In this document: piece by piece, positions 14,229 through 26,053 of the stretch
How positions within the stretch are numbered: position 1 is the stretch's first letter
Layout: each line of letters starts with the position of its first letter
Program-made: the position numbers and the translations under genes
Notes under the pieces: model-generated
The model's database searches: none
Told to the model about the DNA's origin: nothing
The model's input: the letters and a program-made list of their open reading frames with translations, nothing else
From: Octopus sinensis
Taxonomy: Eukaryota
Direction of reading: 5' to 3'
Assembly: GCF_006345805.1 (NCBI RefSeq)
Contig: NC_042999.1
Span: 45,570,001 to 45,634,000 of the forward strand
DNA length: 64,000 nt

Positions 14229-15115
14229 TGTATATATATATGTATATATAATATGGTGTTTTGTACATTTTGTACTTTGAATATATTTTTTATTGTGTTT
14301 TTGATAGTGAGATTAACTTTCAAATAAAAAACAAAAAATGGAACCAAATATTGCTATTTGTGTGTGTGTGTGTGTGTGTGTGATGTCATTTTTGATAACA
14401 TGTATCTAAAGTAACAAATATGACTAAGATATATTGAGGTGGATGAAAAGCTAGAATTGGAAAGATTTATGTTATAAGACAAAGTAATACAGATAGGCAG
14501 ATAGATACATAGCTAAACTTTAAATATAAAAAATATGGTAGGTCGATGGCATTAGAGTAGGAGATGGTGTAGCAGAAATCAAAAGAGAGAAAGAAGGGAG
14601 GAGAGAGAGAAACTGCAATCTTTAATGTTTGGTAATGGTTTGAAAGGAATTAGTTTTGTGACAAGCTTGGTTTTTACTTATATATGTGGCCATAATATAA
14701 TATTTGTTGAGAACATTTTTCAAAAGTGGGGGATTTTACTGAAATTCCTCTGCAGAAAAATGAATTAAATAAAGTCCAGGCTTTTCGAATTTAAAAAATG
14801 TACTGACTATAAAAGTTTTAAAAAACATACAGAAATGGTAAAAGTAAGTGAAATGTGCAAGTCTGGTGTTATTGGTGGGATAACATCTGGCTGAATGGTT
14901 TAAGTGCAACACATATGTTTTCATTGATGCTGTGATAATGATCTGAACTTATATGCGTAAGGGGCATTGATAGATACACTATCCCAAATATGACAAGACA
15001 GATGTAATCTCTCAATGTTGTATGCTGTCAATGTATGTATGTGTATGTTCACAGCAGATTTTTGTTACAAATATTCTTGAATATAAAATACAGGCTATCA
15101 AATATGTTGTTGTTG

Positions 15116-15149
<34 letters not shown>

Positions 15150-15419
15150 ATGTGTATATGTTTGGATATGTGTAGTTGTGTATGCATAGATATATATATG
15201 TGCGTGTGTCTGTGTGTGTGTGTGTAGATAGTCATCTTCAATATAATGTCCACTTTTCCATGCTTGCATGGGTTAAAGGAAACTTTGTTGAAACCGGTTT
15301 TTCTGCAGCAAGATTCTCTTTCTGTCATCATATATTTATTTGTGCATTCACATATATATATGTATGTATGTATCTACATACACACACGTACATATGCAAA
15401 CACACCTATCTGTCATCAT

Positions 15420-15835
15420 TCATGCAGATCGCATACCCATAACAGCGCCGTCTTCTCTCTTGTATGCCACATGTCCTTCCTCTTATAAACAACTTTTCTT
15501 TCACCTCATTTGTATTGCCATTCATGCACCTTAACTTTACATATCTAGTGAAGCCCTCTTGTTTAATTCTTTCCGGCTTTCACATGTCCTCCGTATTCAG
15601 TATTTGCATCTTACTACCATTCAGGATCACACTTTGCGTATAGGCATCATACAACCTGCCTTTCATTCAGAGGGAGAATTCCTTTGTTGTCAGCAGAGAT
15701 TATTGCTCTCTGAACTTTTTGAAGCTTGTTCTTATTCAGGCTGTTTATGCTTCTGGAACATCTTCACTGCTAAATTGATCACCTAGGAAACAGAAGCTAC
15801 CAAATATTTTGAGGGACCTGTCAGAATATTTGACA
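15420..15835 (-). mobile_element. Decayed RTE LINE ORF2 fragment
   Basis: Minus-strand FCFLGDQ...KGRLYDA-like motifs with stops. Confidence 0.65.
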
Positions 15836-17400
15836 GAATCTTTCATGTATGTTCCTGTTGCATTCAGCTCCCAAGCATATAAAGTCTATCTTTCCCCTTA
15901 ATCTCTGATTCCTTTACACCTCTTGTGTATTCATAGTTTACACAGGGTATATAGGATAGTGTTACCACCTACCGGTAAAATTTCCTCTTATTTTTATTTT
16001 CCTAAAATTTTCGTTGCATCTTGCAACCTTTTCAATAGTCTATTTTCTGCTTATGAAATATGACCAGTTCCTTGATTATAGGTTTGGGTTCAGTCCCACT
16101 GTATGACATTGGGCAACTGTTTCTTGGCCTGGACTGACCAAAGCTTTGTGAGTGGAATTAGTAGGTGGAAAATATATGTATGTGCTTTTGTACAAGTGTA
16201 ATTTCTTTTAGTTGTATGAAAGTTACAGAGGGAAGTGTTGTTGTGGCCAGTTCTCTTGTTGACATATTGTCTGATCACTTTGTGCCTTTAAAATCATGTG
16301 GAAAGAGATCTTTTATTTGAAAAGAAGCAGGTAAGGATTAGCATCAGGAAAGGCATTCAACTGTAAAATAATAACAGTGCTTCAAATAACATTTGTTTAA
16401 CCCATGGAAGCATGGAAATATGGATATGACATGAATGAGCATATATTGATACAGTGTATGTATATATATATATTTATATGAAATACATTTTTATATATAT
16501 ATATATATATATGAAATACATTTTTTATATATATACATATATATTATATATGAAATACATTATATATGAATATTATGATATACATTCACAAAGTTTCCCT
16601 ATACTTCAACAAGCAACCCTTCACTAATATCTGCAGAAAGATGAATGAATCCTGAAAAGTTGTTAAACATTATAGATATATAGAAATATATAGAAATATG
16701 TAATATTATATATATGATGTGATATATATATACATGTAATATTTATATATGTGTGTAATATATATATCTAATGATAACATTATATATATGTTATATTTTA
16801 TATATATATGTATATATATGTATATGTATATACATATATATACATATAGTATATTTTATATTATATGTTATATAAAGGTGCCTTAAATATCTCTGGCATG
16901 AAAAAAAATCAATAGAAAACAAAGAAAACACTGTCCTTAGAAATTCCAGTTTTAATGGTAAATTAAGTCTTGAATATATTCTCCATTGTTGGTTATACAT
17001 TTCTTTTAGTGTTCATGCTTACTATAAAATGCACATGTAAAGGAAATCTTCCTTTTTGGATGTGTAATCACGTTTCCATATTACTCTTAAACTTCTTTAC
17101 TCTTAAGGCGGCTCTTTAAACTTTCTTTTGAGCTGTGGAAAGAGACGAACATCATAAATTACTTAACCAGGATTATATGGAAGCATCAGAAGACTTTGGA
17201 AGTAATTTTTAAGTAATGGATTCTGTGCAAATATAACTGACTTGCTCTGAGCATGTGAATGATCATGGTGTAACAAAAAGAATTTGACTTGATAATTTAT
17301 TTTTGTCATTTTTGTTGAATTCCTCCCCTACTTTGAATCATTAATTACTGTCACACAATCTTGACCTGTCATAATAATTTTTTTTTTTACCTGCATTTAG

Positions 17401-17575
17401 GTAATCGGTGCAAATGAACCAACCTTTTAAGGACTGTCAAAACTCCTGCTATCACTTTGATCAGAATGGCTTTGTCATTATTTGTTTGATGGCGAGTGGA
17501 GATTCTTTAACTTGGTACTCTATTAACTGCTGTTTGCTGACTGGCTTATGACTGTAATGCCATGTCTTGTTGCAG
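17401..17575 (+). other. Candidate exon (5'UTR + ATG TCT TGT TGC AG, phase 2) or pair of recursive splice sites
   Basis: Acceptor ttttttttttacctgcatttag, donor GCAG|gtaaca; ATG at 17562 is in frame with the RRM exon (MSCCR-KLFIG). Confidence 0.35.
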
Positions 17576-17730
17576 GTAACAATTATAGAGAAAAAAAGTT
17601 TTTGCATTGGTATCAAAATTATTAATGAAATTGTTGCACAGCAACTTGTTTTTGCTTATGAACATTTTGTAGAAGTTGAGAAACCCATTTATCAGTGATA
17701 TTACTAATATTCAGATGTTAAAGTGTTAGT

Positions 17731-18052
17731 TTTATTCATTTATTTATGTGCCCTTTTCAAGCCTATCCAGGCTCATGGGCCCGGTTTCCCGGTTTCTGTG
17801 GTGTATGTTTTCCCCCAGCTGGACGGGATGCCAGTCCATTGCAGCGTTACTCAAGAAACAGGAAGAAAGAGTGAGAGAAAGTTGGGGCGAAAGAGTACAA
17901 CAGGGGTCGCCACCACCCCTTGCCAGAGCCTCGTGGAGCTTTTAGGTGTTTTCGCTCAATAAATACACACAACGCTCGGGCTAGGAATCGAAACCATGAT
18001 CCTCCGACCGTGAGTTCACAGCCCTAACCAATTGGGCCATTGTGCCTCCACA
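17731..18052 (-). mobile_element. Chimeric SINE: family A head + family E tail
   Basis: 11-bp TSD aaagtgttagt (17720-17730 / 18053-18063); head matches 2200-2390, tail matches 5275-5400. Confidence 0.8.
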
Positions 18053-18571
18053 AAAGTGTTAGTGCGTTTTCTTAATGTTTGGTTGTGGGTTGAAAGGAAT
18101 TAGTTTCATGACAGGTTTATGTTTTACTTTTATATGTGGACATATCATGAGATTTGCTGAGAATGTTTTCAAGAGTGAGGATGATGTTCATTCATTCAGT
18201 CTATGTTCATTTTTCTATGCTAATATGGTTGGGTGAATGTATATGATTCAGGCATTGATTTACTGTGGAATGCTCTTCCTGTCACTAACCCTTGTCTTTA
18301 AAAACACAGATCTCAAGGGAAATTTGTTTACAGAGTATGTCGACAAACTTCATCATTTTTCATGCAACGCTTTCATGCTAAGATGCAGAATATAAACATA
18401 AACACAGGGATACATACATACATATGCACATAGACATATACATGCACACATGTATGCACATACATATGTGTATATGTATATAAAATGGGCTTCCATACAG
18501 TTTCCATTTACCAATATGTATGTATATAAGGTACATCTTAGAAAAGTAGAATAATATGCAAAAATTGAATA

Positions 18572-20017
18572 TTTACTTTCAGTTAAGTTAGAATATCAAA
18601 ATTTTAATTATATTAGACTCTCTAAGAATATCAAAATTTTAATTATATTAGACTCTCTAAGAATATCAAAATTTTAATTATATTAGACTCTCTAAATCTA
18701 AACTGATCTATTCTCAGAATTTTGCTGATATAAGCTAACATTCAAGGTTTCTATTCATTGATCATTAAAAGTCCAGTATCTTGAGATATTAAAAGCTAAT
18801 ATCTGAATATCCAAAATATATCATTACAACAGAGTAAGTTGGTCAAAAATTGAAAGCTGAATGTGATATGGAATATCAGTTAGTACTTGGTTGGAGATGC
18901 TTTAGCTTCAGTGACTACCTGAATATGTCTTAGCAAAGTGGACATCAACCTATGGAGACCCAAATAATTTTGATAGCAACCTTCTGGTATGCAGGTTGAT
19001 GATCTTGGCAACTGCATTTGTCTCTTTGCATTTCAGGTCAGTTGAGTTATTTGGTCATGGCAGCATGTTGATGTGATGATTAGCAAATGAGGCTAGGATT
19101 GTTTTTGGTACTTTGTGCAGCTGTCAAGTCCTATTGGTACAAAAATTCCATATCACTAAATAGCTGGTTGGTTGACGAAAGCATGAAGTGCTCTATGATC
19201 TGTTGGTTGCATTGTAGCACCGAGGAAACACATAGGTCCAATAACTTTATAACGAAATGGTACCTCAAACTATTATAGAACTTGATATTGGATGTGAAAC
19301 AGCTATGGTTGTGTACCTCTTCACCTCCCTTTCCAAATTCTGCAACCTTTGTTTTATATTGAGATACTAACTTGCTTTCATTAGAAAAAAAAATACTTTG
19401 GACCATTGCTCAATTGTCCACTCCTATTTCTCTTAAGTGCAAGTCAACCACTCGTGATGCTACCTGTGGTTGAGAAGAGGGTGGTTGTTGCCTACTTGAT
19501 TGTTGTAATCTCATTGCTTGAAGCTGTTTACACACCGTAGCCTGTAATGCACTAACTCCTACCCCTGTTAATTTTTTTGCTGCTTTTTTTATAGATCTCT
19601 CCCATATTGCTAAACTGACTCTTTACTTTCAGTTAAGTTAGAATATCAAAATTTTAATTATATTATGCTCACTAAGAATATCAGAATTTTAATTATATTA
19701 GACTCTCTAAATCTAAACTGATCTATTCTCAGAATTTTGCTGATATAAGCTAACATTCAAGGTTTCTATTCATTAATCATTAAAAGTCCAGTATCTTGAG
19801 ATATTAAAAGTTAATATCTGAACATCCAAAATATATCATTACAACAGAGTAAGTTGGTCAAAAATCGAAAGCTGAATGTGGATATGGAATATCAGTTGGT
19901 ACTTGGTTGAAGCTGTTTGTACACCGTAGCCTATAATGCACTAACTCCTACCCCTGTTCATTTTTTTGCTGTTCTTTTTTTTTATGGATCTCTCCCATAT
20001 TGTTAAACTGACTCTTT
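18572..20017. repeat. Local complex duplication (18572-18893 recurs at 19622-19909, flanked by a ~107-bp direct repeat); contains a 35-bp tandem unit
   Basis: Direct comparison; unit agaatatcaaaattttaattatattagactctcta x3 versus x2. Confidence 0.9.
18995..19036 (+). other. Candidate micro-exon (ATG at 18999, phase 2) or recursive splice site
   Basis: ggtatgcag acceptor, TTTCAG|gtcagt donor; gives MILATAFVSLHFR-KLFIG. Confidence 0.3.
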
Positions 20018-21638
20018 CCTATGGTTTCCTTGCAACTATAATTATCTCTCTTGCTGGCAAGTCTCTTTCAGTTACACCTTGTTCATTCAAACTATGTACT
20101 AGCAACAATCTGAATGTATTAACTGATCTTTGCCCAGACAGTACATAAAGTTGATTTGTTAATGCATTGGTTTTTTTATTGCCTACACTCATTTCATACT
20201 TTTACTGCTATTTTCTCACCCTCATCTTATATATTCTGAGTGTTATCAAATTCCTTTAGCTGAAAACCTCTTTCTTCTCAGATCAAGAGTTAGTTCAGAA
20301 AGAACAGATTCCTCTTCACCCCACACCACAAAAGCTGATCCAAACCCAGGAATTTCACTATATATTATTGCCAACACAGACCACCACAAGTTTCCTCAAA
20401 CTTTGTTTTTTTATGTGTATATGTATGTATATGTGTGTGTGTGTGTGTTCTAATAGTTACCTAATGTTGCCCAGGTGCCAAGTATCTAGTGGCCATTTTC
20501 TTTTTTGCTGAACTTAAATGACTTAACATATAGTTTTAGTACGTTACAGTGTAGTTATTTTGTAGGTATATATGAATTAGTAATTGAAAGATTACTTGGA
20601 AATGAAGAAGACAATACAATGCTTTCATTATTGTATACTATATTATTTCTTGTTAGTGCTTTCATGAGAATGCCTTTAGTTTGTATTTCTGAAGAATTTC
20701 ATGAATCAAAAAATAAATAAATAAAAAAATTAAAAAAAAGAGAGAGAGAGAAGGTGAGAGAAAAATGCAACTATTTTAATTAAGTTATTAACATATAGCA
20801 TTGCCTGGTTTGCCAAATATGTGGAAACAGTTTATGTATGTGTTTTTTTTTTTTTTGCTCTTGTTAAACTTACATAGTAAATTTTTATAGGTAATGGTTC
20901 AGTGAGAAACAAGGAAATAAAATCTGATATGTAATGAAGCATTAGTTGAAAACATACAAATTGAAAGACTTTTTATATGTAATAATGTCTATCAACAGTT
21001 TTGTTGTTATGGTGACAGTTTGTTGAATTCAACAGTACATTAGTACGTATGAAGTGTGTGTGTCTCTGGTTGAATGTGTGTGTGTGTGTGTGTGTGTGTG
21101 CCAATTAAGCCATGAAAATGACATGAAAGACATGATAAAATATGATAAAAAATTCTGTTATTAGTTTCATACTAAAGCAAAGATAGAAATAGAAATATTT
21201 TAATGCTTTGGTTGTAAGCTTGACCTCTATGTCCTGAGACCTGGTATATGAAACCTGGTATCCACCTTCTCTGATATATGATATGTCCTTGTTCATGCAG
21301 CTGCAATATCGTACGATAATTAGGTCTATTATGTAAGGGAATACGTTTCTTAATTCTTTGAAATAACCAAAGTATCTATCACCCCCCCCCAAACTAACAA
21401 ACTGGTGTTGGGTTATATCATGCAAGTATTGGTTAGATTTACATTGAGCTGTATGGCAGAGCTAGTATTTGTTTCTGAAAGAGAAATGACATCACTTCTT
21501 GTTGAGCAATTTTCAGAATAGTGCAAATGTAAACAAACTCATAGGCGTGCACACATGTTTCTTTCAGTTTCTGTCCACCAGATCTACTCACAAAGCTTTG
21601 GTTGCCCTGGAATATAGTAGAATACACTTGGCCAAGGT

Positions 21639-22030
21639 ATTTAGGGTGGCGAGCTGTCAGAGACATTAGCACGCTGGGCGAAATGCTTAGCAGTATTTCG
21701 TCTGCTGTTACGTTCTGAGTTCATCCTTTCGGGGTTGATAAATTAAGTACCAGTTACGCACTGGGGTTGACGTAATCAACTTAATTCCTTTGTCTGTCCT
21801 TGTTTGTCCCCTCTATGTTTAGCCTCTTATGTGTTATAAAGAAACAGGTATTTCGCCCGTCGCTACGTTCTGAGTTCAAATTCCGCTGAGGTCGACTTTG
21901 CCTTTCATCCTTTCGAGGTTGATAAATTAAGTACCAGTTACGCACTGGGGTTGATGTAATCAACTTAATTCCTTTGTCTGTCCTTGTTTGTCCCCTCTAT
22001 GTTTAGCCCCTTGTGGGCAATAAACAAATA
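21639..22030 (+). mobile_element. Dimeric Nin-domain-type SINE inserted in a family B SINE
   Basis: gtcgactttgcctttcatcctttcg...ataaattaagtaccag core; 20-bp TSD with 2 mismatches (21619-21638 / 22031-22050). Confidence 0.85.
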
Positions 22031-24369
22031 AGAATATACTTAGCCAAGGTTTTGCATGGTGGGACTGAACCTTAAACTACATGGCTTGTGAAATGAACTT
22101 CTCAACCACCCTGCCATGTCAGTGAACACACACACACACACACATATACGTGTATGTGTATTTTTAAATACATGCAAGAGGATGAGAGTCATGAGGTGTT
22201 CTGGATTGCTCAATGATATTGCCAAAAGCAGGTGGGCATCAGAGACAGATACTGACATACTAAAATTATCTAATCTCTCACAGCCAATCAGGTAATTCAG
22301 GAGAGTATCATACCAAATAACTGGCCTTGAAATATAACCATCAACTGCTGCAAGGGTAAAGGAGATATTCTTAAAAAAAAGTACAGAAGCAGCAAATTGA
22401 TGGACAAAGTTATGAAAGTAAGAGAAATAATTAGAGTGCAACTAATTAAGAAGGGACTTCGTTTAGATGAGGCAGACTCCACTCTGGGTTTGTGTACCAG
22501 GACAGTGTCCTAGTGATAACTTCTTACTAGTGATACATGTGAAGTCCCTTAATCATTAAGCAACTTACCAACATATAATGCTTTGTAGTCTGGAGTATGT
22601 TAAAAACCCCCCCCAAAAAACATCAATATGACATACTTACTGTATGTGCATTGTGGAACTGGAGTACTTCATCCAGGGGAGACAGACACCTTTTGAAGAC
22701 AATTTTAAAAGACATGAAGACAGTGACATATTGATATTTAACAGTCATTTCTGCTCTTTAGTGCTACACACCAGAACGGCCTGTCTCTGCCAGCTAGAAG
22801 TATGTATATAGAAGAAAAGAGAAAAAAATTTAAGATAGAGAGTTTGTGAGAGCTGTATAAGCTATGTACACAGGTGCTGTCAGCCAGATGAGCATTAGAA
22901 ATGAGATAAGCTAAGAATTTAAGGTGCAGGCAGATGTCTATCAGGGATCAATTCTCATTGTCTTGCCATTTATTATAATTCCTCTGGCTATAACTGAGAC
23001 TAGTTGTCGATGAGAGCTTTTATAAAGCTTGATGATCTGCTTTTAATAGCTAAATATGTCATACATGGAAACAGAGGCTAGAAATGGGATGTCTTAAAGT
23101 TTTAGTCAACAGGAAAGCAGCCAAGATTCTATCTGCTTGCAGTGAGGAGGTGCAATGATACATATGCAGAAAAGTGCAGGTGTGGCTGTGTGGTAAGAAG
23201 TTTGCTTCCCAACCACGCTGTTCCGGGTTCAGTCTCATTGTGTGGTGCAGTGGGCAACCAAAGCCTTGTGAGTGGATTTGGTACTTAGAAAGTGAAAGAA
23301 GTCTTTTGTCTCTGTATGTGTGTGTGTGTGTGTGTGGATGGGTGGGTGGGTATCTATGTGTGTTTTTGGTACTTGTCCCCAACCACTGCTTGACAACCGG
23401 TGTTGGTTTGTTTACATCCCTGTAACTTAGCAGTACAACAAAAAGAGACCAACGGAGGTACTTGGCTTAGGAAAATAAAAAAAATACTGGGGTCAGTTTG
23501 TTTGACTAAACACTTCAAGGCAGTGCTTTGGCATGACTGCAGTCTAATGACTGAAACAAATAAAAGAAAGCAAAAAGGAATCGGTAGGAATTCTGTATTG
23601 AGTATGAATGCAATAGAGACTTTGTGGATCACAGACAGGCTGACAGGAAAGAAAGTATTGGTATGCAACAGATGCATGTATTAATTACAATGCATATATA
23701 TATATAATTCATTAGATATTTGCATATTTATTCATTTTTCTTTATTAGTCTACTGATGGTATACTTTATTGTGAACTACTACTATCATTTTCCACACCCA
23801 ATATATATATCCAGTAATGGCAAAAAAAGCAAAAAGAAAAAAAAGAAAATTAAGTGACTTTGTCTTTGTCCAGTTTGTTGTCTATTGATTTTGTGTGTGT
23901 TCATTGTGGCATCTCAGGAACTGCTGATGCTAGGAAATTCAAATTTTATTTAATCAATGATTACTAAACAAAATAATGATTTTTTTGTTTTTACATTTCT
24001 TTTTCTTAGCAATTTATTAAGATGCTATATATGTGGCTGTGTTCTCTTTAACATGTCATATGCTGGGTAAGCTATGAATTATTTGCAAGTTAAAATTTAT
24101 CTTTGTTACATGATAACAATATAGAATGGAAATAGGTTGATAAACACACTCTTTTATTCTTTTGCTGGTTTCTCAAAGGACTGAAGTGATGCTGGGACTC
24201 TGTATTCAAGCTTTTAGTCAATCATGTGTGCTTATTTCTGTCTGTTGCTTATTTCATTGATTTCTGTTTGTCAAACTGTTAAGCTGCAGGACATAAACAG
24301 ACACAACATGAACACAGACAAGTTGAACAGGTTGTCACATTTAGTTCTTGTTCAAAATTTCTTCCCTCC

Positions 24370-24575
24370 TACGTTTGCCTGGGAAAGATGTTAACGAAAG
24401 ATGGAAAGCTCCTCCTGGAAATCAAGAAAAGAATAGCACTTGGTTGGGTGTCCTTTTGAAAGGTGGAAAACCTCATGAGAAGTCCCAAAGCTTCCATGAA
24501 AATTAAAAGACAAGTCTTTGATGAGTACATCCTGCCAGTGATGATTTATGGCAGGGAAACGTGGGCTCTTGACAT
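24370..24575 (+). mobile_element. RTE-clade LINE RT C-terminal fragment (different subfamily)
   Basis: YVCLGKMLTKDGKLLLEIKKRIALGW...KRQVFDEYILPVMIYGRETWAL. Confidence 0.8.
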
Positions 24576-25870
24576 TACTATCATTAATGCCTATTTCTTT
24601 ACTACCCACAAGGGGCTAAACATAGAGGAGACAAACAAGGACAGACAGACAGATTAAGTTGATTATATATCGACCCCAGTGCGTAACTGGTACTAGGAAT
24701 GGTACTAGGAATGGGAAATCAATCAGCAAGAGACCCAACCATAGATGTATAGCCCATTGTTCATCAGTTCTATCATTTTAATGTGCATTTTAACATGCTT
24801 ATTATATGGGTTCTATAGCACTACATATTGCCAATCATTACAGGAGTTGCAGCATCTTAAGAATAGTCTTTACTACTTTTCCCATGTCTTTTCAGGTATC
24901 TCTCCTACACTGTTTTTGTCCATGTTGAGCACTCATCACATTCTTCTACAACTTTCATCCTTCATATGCATCATGTTTCTCATACCAGCATAGTTTTCTC
25001 TCACACTCACAGCACTCTGATTCCACTTATATCTAATCCCCCCCTCCTGGTTCATTTGTTCTCTGTCATTCATGTATACTAACATTACACATCCGTAAGA
25101 TTATACTTGCTTCATTTATGTTTCTAATCTTTGAAAATCTTCTGCTGTCAAGACCCATATTTAGCTACCATGCAGCATTACACTTCATGCACCTGCATCG
25201 TACAATGTTTCCTTTTCTCTATACGACCTCAACAGTCTTGTACTTATTTATTCTTGACATTTAGGTAAACTAAGGTACAGGGAATAGTGTCACTTATCAA
25301 ATGACAATGTTCTATCAAATGTTATTTAACTCTTGCTTTAATTCACAGGTCAATGAAGCCTCTGTGTGGCTGCTTAACCTGTTAGAAATAGCAACCAAAT
25401 TTCTCTCACATCACACTCAACAGTCTGAAATTATCACAAAACACATTGGATAATGATTAATAGAAACATCATTGGTGGGGAAAAAAACATAAAGATGGAG
25501 TGGTCATAGCTGAAATATCTTTAATGGTGCTTGATCTGAGCTGACCTCCAGATAAATAATCACAACTCAGTCTATGGTAGCAGTTAATTTCCCACTTGAG
25601 CATAACGGCTCATAATCTGTATAAAAATCTTATCTCTGTATGTTGCTTCTAGGTATGTGCTGTGTTGTAATTTATATAAGATATGTTGGGTGACTTTTGG
25701 TTAAGAATCATAATGATTTTAACATTATAAAATAAACTAATGTATTCCGTGTATTCTGAATTGTAGTTTCTTTTAAATGGCTGAGTTGTTAGGGCTTTAG
25801 ATAAACAACTCACTGTATTTGTTCTAAATCACTGCATTATGATTCAAGTCCTTGCTTATCGTTATTTCAG

Positions 25871-26053
25871 GGTTGATAAAATAAATACTAGTCATGGCAG
25901 TAGATTATCAGATTTGCTATATTATCAGATGATATACCTTGCAGTATTTGTTATTACCCTTTGTGTTCTGATAGCAATGCCTGTAGTAACATTGGTACCA
26001 AGATGTATTGTTTCTAAAGAGTGGTCTTTCACTTAGATAACTTGCATGTATAG
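25871..26053 (+). other. Candidate exon (ATG TAT AG, phase 2)
   Basis: Acceptor ccttgcttatcgttatttcag, donor ATAG|gtaact; ATG at 26046 gives MYR-KLFIG. Confidence 0.3.

Noticed and set aside
15960-16045. Possible Penelope terminal-repeat scraps here and at 43610-43810 (17-bp inverted repeat)
   Set aside because: Too short, with no hammerhead core or ORF to support a call.
16320-16345. Good-looking donors such as gcag|gtaagg (also aacag|gtaaag at 56849)
   Set aside because: They lie within decayed copies of an interspersed-repeat tail.
18590-18694. 35-bp direct repeats (also the 30-bp and 75-bp units elsewhere) as a CRISPR-like array
   Set aside because: The units are head-to-tail with no spacers, there are no cas genes, and the context is eukaryotic.
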